Positions 47,172 to 58,556 of a DNA stretch of 64,000 bases are shown here, in pieces. The DNA comes from Escherichia coli (GTDB taxonomy: Bacteria; Pseudomonadota; Gammaproteobacteria; Enterobacterales; Enterobacteriaceae): the NCBI RefSeq assembly GCF_003334355.1, contig NZ_QOWP01000021.1, one strand, 5' to 3'. Each line of letters begins with the position of its first letter. The first letter of the stretch is position 1. The position numbers and the translations under genes are program-made. Below the pieces are notes generated by a model. The model did not search any database, was not told the DNA's origin, and saw only the letters and a list, made by a program, of their open reading frames with translations.

Positions 47172-48113
47172 ATGGATGCACTGCATGTCGCGCTTGAAAA
47201 TCTGATTAGAGATGATGGTCAAACACTAAATAGTTATTTTAGTGAAGTTAAAGTTAATTCATTGATTGAAAATACAAATGCAACTTGTCATTTTCATTGC
47301 CTTAATCTTGATGGCAATGGACGTCCTCGGGTAGACGCGTTAATCCAATTCTTGAACGATAAAGTAGTTGATTATGCTATTCCAAGGAAAAAAATCAATG
47401 AGGCAGTGCAATATTTTAATGAAACACAATCAACAGCGAAAATAACAAAATTAGCAAATCAAGCAAAAAGATTATTTACTAGGCTTGCAAATAGTGGCGA
47501 AGGCGGTGAATTTATCCTTTTTTTATTTGCAGAGCAATTCCTTAGATTTCCACAAATTATTTGCAAAATGAGCCTGAAAACGAGTTCTCAAATGCATTAC
47601 CATGGTGCAGATGGAATACATATAGGCGTAGATAAAGATAATAAAAAATTATGTTTATACTGGGGCGAGTCTAAACTCTATTCCAGTCTGAGCAAAGGTA
47701 TTTCTGAGTGTATGGATAGTATAGCTCCATTACTTCAAAGTTCTATGGGAATAGAAGGCGCTGAGACACGTGATATGCAGTTGCTGGAGTCGCACTTAAA
47801 TGTTGATGATATAGAACTAGAACAAGCGTTGAAAAGATTCTTAGATCCTGATAGCCCGGATTTTAATAAATTGGAATACAGAGGAATATGCTTAGTTGGG
47901 TTTGATCTTAAAGATTATCCACAAGGGCCCAGTTCAATTGATATCAGTGAACTAGTTGCTTTGATTAATACTAAAGTCGGGAAATGGTCAACTAGTGTGC
48001 AAGGTGGTATAGTTAATAAAAAACTTGATCGCTTTGCTATGCATGTTTTTATTCTTCCTTTTCCTTCAGTAAAAGCATTTAGGGCTAGTTTAATTAAAGC
48101 ATTGGAGAGTTGA
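47172..48113 (+). CDS. Cargo gene 1: putative PD-(D/E)xK-like nuclease-fold protein, HamA/DUF1837-like candidate (313 aa)
   Basis: AT-rich ORF; E(110-113)...D147 (GADG)...E166-S-K168 (GESK, 47667-47675) arrangement; no P-loop; coupled to downstream helicase. Confidence 0.45.
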   Translation: MDALHVALENLIRDDGQTLNSYFSEVKVNSLIENTNATCHFHCLNLDGNGRPRVDALIQFLNDKVVDYAIPRKKINEAVQYFNETQSTAKITKLANQAKRLFTRLANSGEGGEFILFLFAEQFLRFPQIICKMSLKTSSQMHYHGADGIHIGVDKDNKKLCLYWGESKLYSSLSKGISECMDSIAPLLQSSMGIEGAETRDMQLLESHLNVDDIELEQALKRFLDPDSPDFNKLEYRGICLVGFDLKDYPQGPSSIDISELVALINTKVGKWSTSVQGGIVNKKLDRFAMHVFILPFPSVKAFRASLIKALES

Positions 48114-48114
48114 A

Positions 48115-50697
48115 ATGTCGTTGCGAGATTTATCTGGGTGGTTGATTAAGAATCAAGGATTCTTAAGAAAATATCAGGCATTAGTCGCTAACTCGATAAA
48201 AGATCAATTTCCAGAGTTAAAATCAGATGTAATCCCACAGATTAGTTCTGAGGATGTCGGCTATCTTTTAACATGTGCTAGTTCTTTGGCTTTCTCAAGT
48301 GATGAGAAATGCCAAGATGCAGCCTTAAGGATTGCACAGTATTGCTTATTGAATGAAAAAAGTGAAGCAAGAAAAGATAGTGCTGCATTAATTCTTGATT
48401 CATTATCTAATAATCCAGCAATACAACTTGCTGAAAATAGGGGGTATCTTAACCCTGATTTCGAAGAAAGATTACCCTTAAAGGCTCAGTTAGAACTAAC
48501 TAAAAGAAAAATTCTATATACAATTGAAATAGATGCTGATAAGCATATTTATGCTAATAGGTTTCAATCAGAGTTTTGGGATGCGGTACAAGAAAACTCA
48601 TGGGTTAGTGTCTCTGCTCCCACCTCTGTAGGAAAATCATTTATCCTGGAATCTTGGGTGGAGCAGTTTGTAAAAAGAAATAAGAATTGCTTAGTTATTT
48701 ATATCGTACCAACAAGGGCATTGATTTCAGAAGTATATTCTGAGTTGCAAAAACGTTTGGATCCTAATTTAACAAATATAGTTAATATTCAGACACTACC
48801 ATTGAGTAATGTATACCAGAGCGAAAAATCTAATGTCTTCATATTTACACAGGAAAGATTAAATTTATTCTACAATCATTTCTCACAAATTCCAAAGATA
48901 GACGTCTTAGTTGTTGATGAAGCACACAAGATCGGTGATGGTGGAAGAGGTGTTATTCTTCAACATGTAATTGAACTGACTTGTCTAAATAACCCTGATT
49001 CAAAAGTTATCTTTGCAAGTCCTTTCACCTTAAATCCTGAAATATTGCTCAGTGATGCTCCAATATTAAAAAACAAAAGAACTATAAAAAGTGACTATGT
49101 TACAGTTAATCAAAATTTAATATGGGTAGAACAAAAACCACGCAAGACCAAAGATTGGTTGATGTATTATTTTGCAAACGGTGAAAAACGCGAGTTAGGA
49201 AACTTTTCTTTAGAAAATGCACCATCTCCTGAAAGTAAAAGATTGCCTTTTGTAGCTCTTTGTTTAGGTAAGGGGGCTTCTGGTAACGTAGTTTACGTAA
49301 ATGGAGCCGCTGAAGCAGAATCTACTTCCAAGCTAATATCTGCAAGTATAGAAAATGAGACTGAGGATGAAGAAATTTTAGCTCTCGTTGAGCTTAGTGA
49401 GACAATTATACATAAAAATTTCGCATTAAATCGCACTCTAAAAAAGAGAGTCGCTTTTCATTATGGCAACATGCCTTTAATAATAAAGGGCGAGATTGAA
49501 CGATTGTTTAGTAAAGGTAAGATTGATTTTTTAATTTGTACCTCAACTTTAGTTGAGGGCGTAAACATGGCTTGTAAAAATATTTTTATAAGAGGCCCTA
49601 AAAAGGGTAATTCAACCCCGATGCGAGAAGAGGATTTTTGGAATCTTGCTGGCAGAGCTGGTCGTTGGGGAAAAGAATTCCAAGGTAATGTCATCTGCAT
49701 CGATAGCGACAATGAAAAAATTTGGAATGGAGAGCCTCCAAAAACCAAAAAAAATATATTTATAACTCGCGCCACGGATGCTATTTCCCATGACATGGAT
49801 AAGTTGGTTTCCTATATTTTTTCAGAGCATCATTTTGGTATGTCTGAGCGGAATCCTAATCTCCAGAGTCTATTTAGTTATTTATGTTCATCATTTTATT
49901 TTTATAATGGCTTGGATAATAATCCTTACATGGAAAAGTACAATATAAAAAATATCGATGTTTTAAATGAAGCAATATTTGATGTTTTTGATTCTTTAAC
50001 TTTTCCACACGAATTGGTTGTGCGGCATCCTGGTATAAGCCCGCTTTTAATGCAAAACCTTTGGGATAGATTTTCGCGGGATACAAACAAACCTGTAGAG
50101 AGATTACTGCTTTCTGAACCTGGTAGTAATGATGCGTTAGATTCATATGTATCCGCATTCTCTAGAATTAGTGATACTCTGAGTAAGAAGCTAGGTTATA
50201 ATTCAAAAGGAGCTTACGTACAGGCCTTGCTAGTTTCCAAGTGGATGAAAGGTTATCCCCTAGCAAGATTGATCTCGGATAGAATAAGATATAACAAAAA
50301 GAAAAATATTGTTTTCAAAGAAGCGACTTTAATACGAGGGGTTATGAAGGATGTTGAAGAGATCGCTCGCTATCAAGCTCCAAGGCTTTTAGGATGTTAT
50401 AATGATTTATTAAAAAGCTTTTATCTTTCGATAGATCGCACAGACTTAGCAAAAGATGTTGAAGATATCGGTGTTTATTTAGAACTAGGTGTAAGTTTAA
50501 AAACTCAGATTTCACTAATAGGGCTTGGCTTTTCAAGAACTGCTGCTGTAATGATTTCAGAGCTTATTCCTAATGATAGTTTAGATGAGGAAGAATGCAT
50601 TAATTGGATTAAGGACAATAAAGTTGACATGGAAGAACTGCCACAATTAGTTCAAAACGAAATACATAATATATTTCGTAACTTTTGGGTACAATAG
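48115..50697 (+). CDS. Cargo gene 2: SF2 DEAH-box helicase with about 340-aa C-terminal extension, HamB-like candidate (860 aa)
   Basis: Walker A APTSVGKS (GKS 48631-48639), DEAH (48916-48927), TSTLVEGVN, motif VI AGRAGR (49648-49665); ATG 1 nt after upstream stop. Confidence 0.6.
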   Translation: MSLRDLSGWLIKNQGFLRKYQALVANSIKDQFPELKSDVIPQISSEDVGYLLTCASSLAFSSDEKCQDAALRIAQYCLLNEKSEARKDSAALILDSLSNNPAIQLAENRGYLNPDFEERLPLKAQLELTKRKILYTIEIDADKHIYANRFQSEFWDAVQENSWVSVSAPTSVGKSFILESWVEQFVKRNKNCLVIYIVPTRALISEVYSELQKRLDPNLTNIVNIQTLPLSNVYQSEKSNVFIFTQERLNLFYNHFSQIPKIDVLVVDEAHKIGDGGRGVILQHVIELTCLNNPDSKVIFASPFTLNPEILLSDAPILKNKRTIKSDYVTVNQNLIWVEQKPRKTKDWLMYYFANGEKRELGNFSLENAPSPESKRLPFVALCLGKGASGNVVYVNGAAEAESTSKLISASIENETEDEEILALVELSETIIHKNFALNRTLKKRVAFHYGNMPLIIKGEIERLFSKGKIDFLICTSTLVEGVNMACKNIFIRGPKKGNSTPMREEDFWNLAGRAGRWGKEFQGNVICIDSDNEKIWNGEPPKTKKNIFITRATDAISHDMDKLVSYIFSEHHFGMSERNPNLQSLFSYLCSSFYFYNGLDNNPYMEKYNIKNIDVLNEAIFDVFDSLTFPHELVVRHPGISPLLMQNLWDRFSRDTNKPVERLLLSEPGSNDALDSYVSAFSRISDTLSKKLGYNSKGAYVQALLVSKWMKGYPLARLISDRIRYNKKKNIVFKEATLIRGVMKDVEEIARYQAPRLLGCYNDLLKSFYLSIDRTDLAKDVEDIGVYLELGVSLKTQISLIGLGFSRTAAVMISELIPNDSLDEEECINWIKDNKVDMEELPQLVQNEIHNIFRNFWVQ

Positions 50698-50789
50698 TCT
50701 TATTTAGACGATTTTTTAAACAATCAATAGAGAAGTTTTTGAATTTTATCATTCTTCCAGTAACAAAAACTTCTCTTTTATAACACCGC

Positions 50790-51248
50790 TCAGGCTATTC
50801 CAGAATAGGCTTTGCTTACTTCACTATGCCTTGTGCCGCAATGCCTCAAAATAACAAGGCCATGTTGCAGTAACGCCTCACTACGTTCAGGTTCAAACCA
50901 TTTCCCGTTAAATTTTCCTCCGTGAAAAAGATTGTTTCTTACACGGCGGATTAACAAAAAAAGAAATTTTGCTAAATCTTTTTCTTGTGGTAAAGAATCA
51001 TCCCAAACTAAAGAGTCATCTTCTATGATTTGTTTTTTGGGTGGGTGTTCTTTAAAGTAGGTGATAGCAGCAATTAGCTCTGGATCAGTTGTGTTATTTA
51101 TGATTTCAGAAACTTGCTTTGCATACTCATCCCAGTTCGCTTTAGCATCTTTTATTTTATGATGAAGTCCACATGCCTTAAGGCAATATTCGTAACGTGA
51201 AAACTCTCTAAAGAATTCATAACATAAATTATCTAGATTATTCTCCAT
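50790..51248 (-). CDS. Hypothetical protein (152 aa), AT-rich cargo ORF between helicase and integrase
   Basis: Clean ORF convergent with the helicase operon; no recognisable motifs. Confidence 0.45.
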   Translation of the reverse strand: MENNLDNLCYEFFREFSRYEYCLKACGLHHKIKDAKANWDEYAKQVSEIINNTTDPELIAAITYFKEHPPKKQIIEDDSLVWDDSLPQEKDLAKFLFLLIRRVRNNLFHGGKFNGKWFEPERSEALLQHGLVILRHCGTRHSEVSKAYSGIA

Positions 51249-51277
51249 GAACTATATCTCCATGTATAACAAGTTAA

Positions 51278-52477
51278 CTAATATTGATTGCGCTCGTACA
51301 CTTTTTGGCCCCACCAATTCATAAGTCCTATTCGTTGCTCAAGGTAAGTTGAACGATTATATGCTCTGCGCACTTCATTTTTATCACTATGTGCAAGAGC
51401 AGCCTCAATTACATCTGCATTAAAACCCGCTTCATTTAATGCGGTGCTGGCAATTGAACGCAATCCATGAGCAACCAATCTACCACCAAATCCAATCCTT
51501 TTTAAAGCAGCATTTGCCGTCTGGCTATTCATTGGTTGCTTTGGGTCATTCCGACTCGGGAAAACATGTTCACGATGGGCACTGATTAGCTTCATCACAT
51601 CAAGAATCTCTAATGCCTGAGGAGATAGAGGGACTATGTGTTCCCGCTTAGCCTTCATTCGTTCAGCTGGGATAGTCCAGAGCTTTGCATCGAGATCGAG
51701 CTCAGCCCACCTAGCACCGGAAGCCTCAGAAGGACGAACTAGAGTCAGGAGTTGCCACTCAATGAGGCAGCGAGTCGGAACAGACAAATTTGACATGACG
51801 AGAGAACGCATCAGCATAGGCAATTCTTCTGGGCGCAACGTAGGCATATTTTGTTTTTTTGGCTTCTCAAAGGCCATTCCAATGCCTGATGCTGGATTGG
51901 CATCAATAAGACCAGTATTTACGGCATAAATCATTATCTCGTTAACACGCTGCACCAACCGGCGCACCGTCTCCAGCGCCCCACGAGCTTTGATCGGTTC
52001 AAGGGCTTCAACCAGTGTTCGGGCTTTGATTTGCTGGACAGGGATCTCCCCGATGGTGGGGAATACGTCTTTTTCCAGTGAACGCCATATATCTTTAGCG
52101 TAATCATGGGTAACGCTTTTGCTTTTGAGCTGGAACCAGTTAGCGGCGACCGTCGAAAAAATACTGTCCAGAGCGATTTGCTGCTGTTCCTCTGCAACTT
52201 CAGCTTGAATTTGCGGGTCGATTCCGTTGGCTAATAGGGCAAGGTAATCTGCTCTTAACCCTCGGGCATCAGCAAGAGAAAGGGCAGGAAAAGCACCAAG
52301 TCCCATCATAGTCCGCTGTTTTGTTGCTGGGCGTTGATAGCGAAAGCGCCAGAGTTTCTTGCCGCTAGTTTTCACTATCAGGAAAAGCCCATCGCCATCA
52401 TGCAGCGTTAGATCCTTCTCTAACGCTTTCGCGCGCAGAACTTCGGTGTTGGTCAGGGGGCGTGTTGTCCGTGCCAC
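51278..52477 (-). CDS. int: P4-type tyrosine integrase
   Basis: 399-aa ORF next to tmRNA 3' end; C-terminal catalytic region with HGLRSIAST and RAYNRSTY (His/Arg/Tyr). Confidence 0.85.
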   Translation of the reverse strand: MARTTRPLTNTEVLRAKALEKDLTLHDGDGLFLIVKTSGKKLWRFRYQRPATKQRTMMGLGAFPALSLADARGLRADYLALLANGIDPQIQAEVAEEQQQIALDSIFSTVAANWFQLKSKSVTHDYAKDIWRSLEKDVFPTIGEIPVQQIKARTLVEALEPIKARGALETVRRLVQRVNEIMIYAVNTGLIDANPASGIGMAFEKPKKQNMPTLRPEELPMLMRSLVMSNLSVPTRCLIEWQLLTLVRPSEASGARWAELDLDAKLWTIPAERMKAKREHIVPLSPQALEILDVMKLISAHREHVFPSRNDPKQPMNSQTANAALKRIGFGGRLVAHGLRSIASTALNEAGFNADVIEAALAHSDKNEVRRAYNRSTYLEQRIGLMNWWGQKVYERNQY

Positions 52478-52498
52478 TGTGGCCGCTCCTTCATGAAT

Positions 52499-52551
52499 TG
52501 GTATACGCTTTTAGGTATACATCCTACCGTATACCTAAACGTATACCAATA
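52499..52551. promoter_or_regulatory. Cluster of four GTATAC-containing repeats including the direct repeat gtatacctaaacgtataccaata (52529-52551), candidate integrase arm-type sites / int promoter
   Basis: GTATAC at 52501, 52515, 52529, 52541; 23-mer matches 40306-40328. Confidence 0.55.
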
Positions 52552-52661
52552 ATCATCGGATTTAGCCGGATGTTCTCGGACAACGACAAACACAAAAAAG
52601 CCCGCAGGGCTTGTGCCATGCGGGCTTTCTGTACTTCACCGGACGTATCCGGATCATTATT

Positions 52662-53024
52662 TGGTGGAGCTGGCGGGAGTTGAACCCGCGTCCGAAATTC
52701 CTACATCCTCGGTACTACATGCTTAGTCAGTCTTTACATTCGCTTGCCAGCTGCGGACGGACACGCCACTAACAAACTAGCCTGATTAAGTTTTAACGCT
52801 TCAACCCCAGGCAGGGCTTCCACGCGATCTCTTTTGGGTTTGACCTCTCTTGATCCCCGTCCTAAGAGCGGAGGCTAGGGAGAGAGGGCTCTAAGCAGGT
52901 TATTAAGCTGCTAAAGCGTAGTTTTCGTCGTTTGCGACTATTTTTTGCGGCTTTTTACGAGGCCAACCGCCCCTCGGCATGCACCTTGGGTTTCGCAAAT
53001 CCCGTCGAATCCAGAATCAGCCCC
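52662..53024 (-). ncRNA. ssrA: tmRNA (SsrA), 363 nt
   Basis: Reverse complement begins GGGGCTGATTCTGGATTCGACGGG and ends ...GGGTTCAACTCCCGCCAGCTCCACCA; tag ORF region present. Confidence 0.95.
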
Positions 53025-53238
53025 AATGTGTAAAGGTAAGTATACCAGATTTATGAGCGCCATGACCAGCCTCAATGGCGTTATCGTTAAAGATTTAGCA
53101 CCCATGTAGCCTGATTTTTATTCGATTAAGCAATGGGATGGCAACATTTGTGTCGGATGTGATAGCCAATAAGATGTTCATTCGCGCCGCCGGAGAGGGA
53201 GGCGCGGTGAGGAACTGGTCAATAATTGGAGTGCAGGT

Positions 53239-53721
53239 TTAACGGTGGGCGTTTTTCATGATACGCGCTTTATCCACCTGCCATTCGCGCTCTTTGATAT
53301 CTGAACGTTTATCGTGCTGTTTCTTACCTTTGGCGACGCCGATTTTCACTTTGCACCAGGCATTTTTCCAGTACAGGGAGAGCGCCACTACGGTATAGCC
53401 TTCTCGATTGACGCGACCGTACAATGAGTCCAGTTCGCGCTGGTTGAGAAGTAACTTGCGGGTACGGGTAGGATCGCACACCACATGCGTGGAGGCCACT
53501 GCCATTGGCGTGATGTTTGCGCCAAACAGGAACGCTTCTCCGTCACGCAGAAGGACATAGCTGTCGCTGATATTGGCTTTTCCTGCGCGCAGGGATTTAA
53601 CTTCCCAGCCTTGCAGGGCAAGTCCCGCTTCGAACTCTTCTTCGATAAAGTATTCGTGACGGGCGCGCTTGTTAAGCGCGATGGTCGCTGAACCAGGTTT
53701 ATGTGCTTTTTTCTTCGTCAT
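53239..53721 (-). CDS. smpB: SsrA-binding protein SmpB
   Basis: 160-aa ORF immediately upstream of ssrA. Confidence 0.95.
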
Positions 53722-53852
53722 AAGCGTCGTGAATCATCGGTAATCTGAAATCGAAAACACCCCATATCAATCCTGCGGGGGACAAGGCTCTATCTTAGCA
53801 TGAACCCGATGTTACCCAGCGCCGGGATAGCGTTTTTTTTACAGCAGGATAA

Positions 53853-54329
53853 ATGATATTATTTGTTGGATTTTTGTTGATGGAAATTGTTATGCCTCAG
53901 ATTAGCCGGACCGCACTGGTACCCTACAGCGCGGAGCAAATGTATCAGTTAGTGAATGACGTTCAGTCTTATCCTCAGTTTTTGCCGGGTTGTACCGGAA
54001 GTCGGATTCTGGAGTCCACTCCTGGGCAGATGACTGCGGCGGTAGATGTCTCTAAGGCTGGGATCAGCAAAACGTTTACTACCCGCAACCAGTTGACCAG
54101 TAACCAAAGTATTCTTATGAATCTGGTGGATGGGCCGTTCAAGAAATTGATTGGTGGATGGAAGTTTACGCCGCTGAGCCAGGAGGCGTGTCGTATCGAG
54201 TTTCATCTCGACTTTGAGTTTACCAATAAGTTGATTGAACTCGCCTTTGGTCGCGTGTTTAAAGAGCTGGCGGCTAATATGGTCCAGGCTTTTACGGTTC
54301 GTGCGAAAGAGGTTTACAGTGCCAGGTAA
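53853..54329 (+). CDS. ratA: Ribosome association toxin RatA (PasT, SRPBCC family)
   Basis: 158-aa ORF, conserved synteny. Confidence 0.85.
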   Translation: MILFVGFLLMEIVMPQISRTALVPYSAEQMYQLVNDVQSYPQFLPGCTGSRILESTPGQMTAAVDVSKAGISKTFTTRNQLTSNQSILMNLVDGPFKKLIGGWKFTPLSQEACRIEFHLDFEFTNKLIELAFGRVFKELAANMVQAFTVRAKEVYSAR

Positions 54330-54609
54330 AATTGCCGTTGAGGTGGCTTATGCGCTACCTGAGAAGCAGTACCTGCAGCGCGTGACGCTGCAGGAGGGCG
54401 CGACGGTTGAAGAAGCTATTCGCGCCAGTGGCTTGCTGGAATTGCGTACCGATATCGATTTAACTAAAAACAAAGTCGGCATTTACAGCCGTCCGGCAAA
54501 ACTAAGCGATAGTGTGCATGATGGCGATCGGGTGGAGATTTATCGCCCTCTCATTGCCGATCCGAAAGAGCTTCGCAGGCAACGAGCAGAAAAATCAGCG
54601 AATAAATAA
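54319..54609 (+). CDS. ratB: RatB (UPF0125), GTG start overlapping ratA end
   Basis: 96 aa from GTG 54319; sequence (M)[18 protein letters not shown]. Confidence 0.75.
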
Positions 54610-54670
54610 CAGACAGAAAAAAGGTGCTCATTGAGCACCTTTTTTAACGTCTTTGAGAGCAACTTTATTA

Positions 54671-55012
54671 TTAGTTACCACTCAGCGCAGGTTTGTTATC
54701 AATATTGGTCAACACACCGCTACTGTTAAAGGTCAGCGTCAGCGTTTGCTGCGTTACACCTTCATGACCTGGTTGCTGGCGGAAGACATAGAACCAGGTA
54801 TTCGTACCAAATGGATCGGACATCAGCGGTGTACCCAATGCGTACGCAACTTGTTGTTGCGTCATGCCAACACGTATTTTGGATACGTCGTTAGCGGTCA
54901 GATAGTTCCCCTGGTTGATGTCAGGACGGTAAACCACTCGCTCCAGAGTGGAACAGCCTGCGGTCAACATCAATAGTACTGCTGCTGCAGCAGTCAGCGT
55001 TTTACAGCGCAT
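54671..55012 (-). CDS. bamE: Outer membrane protein assembly factor BamE (SmpA) lipoprotein
   Basis: 113 aa; lipobox LTAGC. Confidence 0.9.
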
Positions 55013-55160
55013 AGTGATTTGATTCCTTTTCGGGCCCGAGCAGTACGTGGCTCATCTGTAATATGCCGATGATAATAGACCTTTCATCACTTTAAAACCT
55101 TTTGCTTTCCGGTCTTACGGCGTTTTGCTGTTTACTCTGACCGTGAAGCAGGAAAAAAGT

Positions 55161-56822
55161 TTACGCTGCAAGCAGTTCTTTCGCATTCGCCAGTGTATTA
55201 CGTGTGACTTCACTGCCACCAAGCAGGCGCGCCAGCTCTTGTAACCGCGCTTTTTTATTCAGGGATTGCATATGCGTTTCTGTCATCGCACCATCGGTTT
55301 CTTTGCTGACAAAATAGTGTTGATGACCACATCCCGCGACTTGTGGCAGGTGGGTAACACACATCACCTGAGTTGATTCGCCGAGTTGACGCAGCAGTTT
55401 GCCGACAACTGCCGCTGTTGGACCGCTAATCCCTACATCCACTTCATCAAAAATCAGTGCCGGGGTTTCCATTTTACGCGCCGTGATGACCTGGATTGCC
55501 AGTGCGATGCGGGACAATTCACCACCGGATGCGACTTTGGCAATAGGCTGCATTGGCTGACCTGGGTTGGTGGTTACCCGAAACTCAATACGATCGGCAC
55601 CGTCAGCGCCCAGGTGATGCTCGTCAAATTTAACATCGATCGTAAACTGCCCATGCGGCATTGAGAGCGCATGCATACTGTCGGTGATCAGCTGTGCAAG
55701 TTCTTCTGCATATTGCTGGCGTTGTTGGTGTAATGCGCGCGCGATTTCCAGTGCCTGCTGATGATGTTTCGTTACCGCCAGCGCAAGCGTTTCTTGTGAG
55801 TCGGCCTGATCGTCCAGTTGCTGCTGTTCTTCCAGTAGCGACTGGTAATACTGTGGCAATGCCTCAGGGCTGACGTGATGTTTACGTGCCAGCGAAATCT
55901 GTTTTGAGATGCGCTGTTCAAGTTCAAATAGTCGGTTGGGATCGAGATCCAGACGATCGCAGTAGTGGCGCAGTTCATCGCTGGCTTCAGCAATCTGGAT
56001 GGTAGCTTCTTCCAGCATATCAAGTACGCCGGACAGTTTGCTGTCCATGCCAATCAATTCGCTCACCAGTTGTTTAGCCGTGTAAAGCTGACTTTGCAGG
56101 TTTGCGTCTTCACCGTCGGCCATTAATGCCAATGCATTCTGGCTGGTGGTCAGCAATTGACCGCTGTTCGCCAGACGTTTGTACTCTTCGTCGATTTGTT
56201 CAAACTCTCCGGGCTGCGGATTAAATTCGTTAAGTTCTTTTAATTGGTATTGCAGCAGTTCCGCACGGGCGGCGCGTTCCTGACTTAACTGTTGATGATG
56301 CGCGAGGTCACGGCAGCTTTGATGCCACAACTGATAACGTGCGGTCATTTCCTGCAGTAGAGAGGTTTCATTGGCATAGCCATCAAGCAGGAATTTTTGG
56401 TGCTCAGGTTTGGTGAGTAATTGATGAGCGTGCTGACCATGGATCTGAATCAGCAACTGACCCAGTTCGCGCAGTTGTGACAGAGGAACAGCTGTACCGT
56501 TGATGAAACCACGGGAGCGACCATCGCTGCTGATCACGCGACGAAGCAAACATTCATGCCCGTCTTCAAGCTGGTTTTCTTCCAGCCAGCGCAGAGCCGC
56601 TGGCGTATCTTTCAGAGAAAAACGGGCGCACAGGTCAGCGCGAGCAGCGCCGGTACGCACCATGTCGGCTTCAGCGCGACCACCGAGACAAAGACCGAGG
56701 GCATCTATTGCAATAGATTTACCCGCGCCGGTCTCGCCAGTTATTACGGTCATGCCGCTATGAAAATCAATCTCAAGCTCACGAACGATAGCAAAGTTGC
56801 TGATGGTCAGTTGTGCCAACAT
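55161..56822 (-). CDS. recN: DNA repair protein RecN (SMC-like ATPase)
   Basis: 553 aa; Walker A GETGAGKS. Confidence 0.95.
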
Positions 56823-56907
56823 AGTCGTTTTCCTGTATGAAAAACCATTACTGTTATTGTGTACAGTATAAACTGGTTTTATATACAGTAAAGAGGCTGG
56901 CGTAAAA

Positions 56908-57786
56908 TTAGAATAATTTTTTTGACCAGCCGAGCTTGGTGCTTAATGTGTTGAAATAACTGTAATCTTTCGGATGAATCAGATTCAGATGGTAATCACA
57001 GCGACGAATCAGGACATCTTCACCTTCCTGAATCGGCAGTGCTATCTGGCTGTCGCAACTGATTTCCAGGTCGTTACGGCGATGCGAAAAACGCAGACGG
57101 ATCGTGCTGCTGCTGTTTATGACCAGTGGTCGTGCTGACAACGTATGCGGGAACATGGGCACCAGGGTAATCGCATCCAGAGAGGGGGTCAGAATAGGAC
57201 CGCCTGCAGAGAGGGAATAGGCGGTGGAGCCTGTTGGCGTCGAAATAATTAGTCCATCAGATCGCTGAGAAAACGCAAAGATCTCGTCGATATACACTTC
57301 GAACTCAATCATATGCGCCACTTTGCCTGGATGAAGCACCACTTCATTTATCGCGGTGCTGATGCGTTTCTGGCAATCTTGCTGACAGACTTGCGCTTCC
57401 AGCAAAAAACGTTTCTCGCTGATGTAGTGGCCTTCCAGCACATCGGCTAACTGTTGCTGGGCGTTATCGGGGTCAAGGTCAGTCAGGAAACCCAGGTTGC
57501 CACGGTTGATTCCAATAACTTTAATATCGTAACGGGCGAGTGTGCGTGCCGCGCCCAGCATATTACCGTCGCCACCAACGACTACCGCGAGATCAGCTAG
57601 TTGCCCAATCTCCGCGAGCGTGCCAGTTTTCACATTCTTCAGTTGCAGTTCGTGAGCGATTTGTTGCTCAACGATGACCTCGTAACCTTTTGTGCACAGC
57701 CAGCGGTAGAGCATTTCATGTGTTGTCAGTGCAGTGGGGTGCCGTGGGTGTCCCACAATGCCAATACACTTGAAATGATTATTCAT
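56908..57786 (-). CDS. nadK: NAD kinase
   Basis: 292 aa; GGDG motif ([11 protein letters not shown]). Confidence 0.95.
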
Positions 57787-57875
57787 TTTTCCGAGGTCCT
57801 TGTTGCGAAGATTGATGACAATGTGAGTGCTTCCCTTGAAACCCTGAAACTGATCCCCATAATAAGCGAAGTTAG

Positions 57876-58502
<627 letters not shown>

Positions 58503-58556
58503 TTTCTGTTTTCGTAATAATTCACGGCCCTGCATGCGAATGCAGGGCCGTTTTCG

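Larger units (their letters stand above)
40230..52661. mobile_element. P4-like satellite prophage integrated at the 3' end of ssrA, carrying a variable cargo slot
   Basis: Integrase next to tmRNA 3' end; cos-like site, Ogr/Delta, Psu-like, Sid-like, AlpA-like and 777-aa alpha primase in P4 order; iteron clusters; 23-bp direct repeat near both ends; left boundary approximate. Confidence 0.75.

Noticed and set aside
48115-50697. Possibility that the 860-aa helicase is a type I restriction HsdR or a Cas3
   Set aside because: No adjacent methyltransferase or specificity subunit, no HD nuclease motif and no CRISPR repeats or cas genes in the window; the two-gene architecture fits a helicase-nuclease defence pair better.
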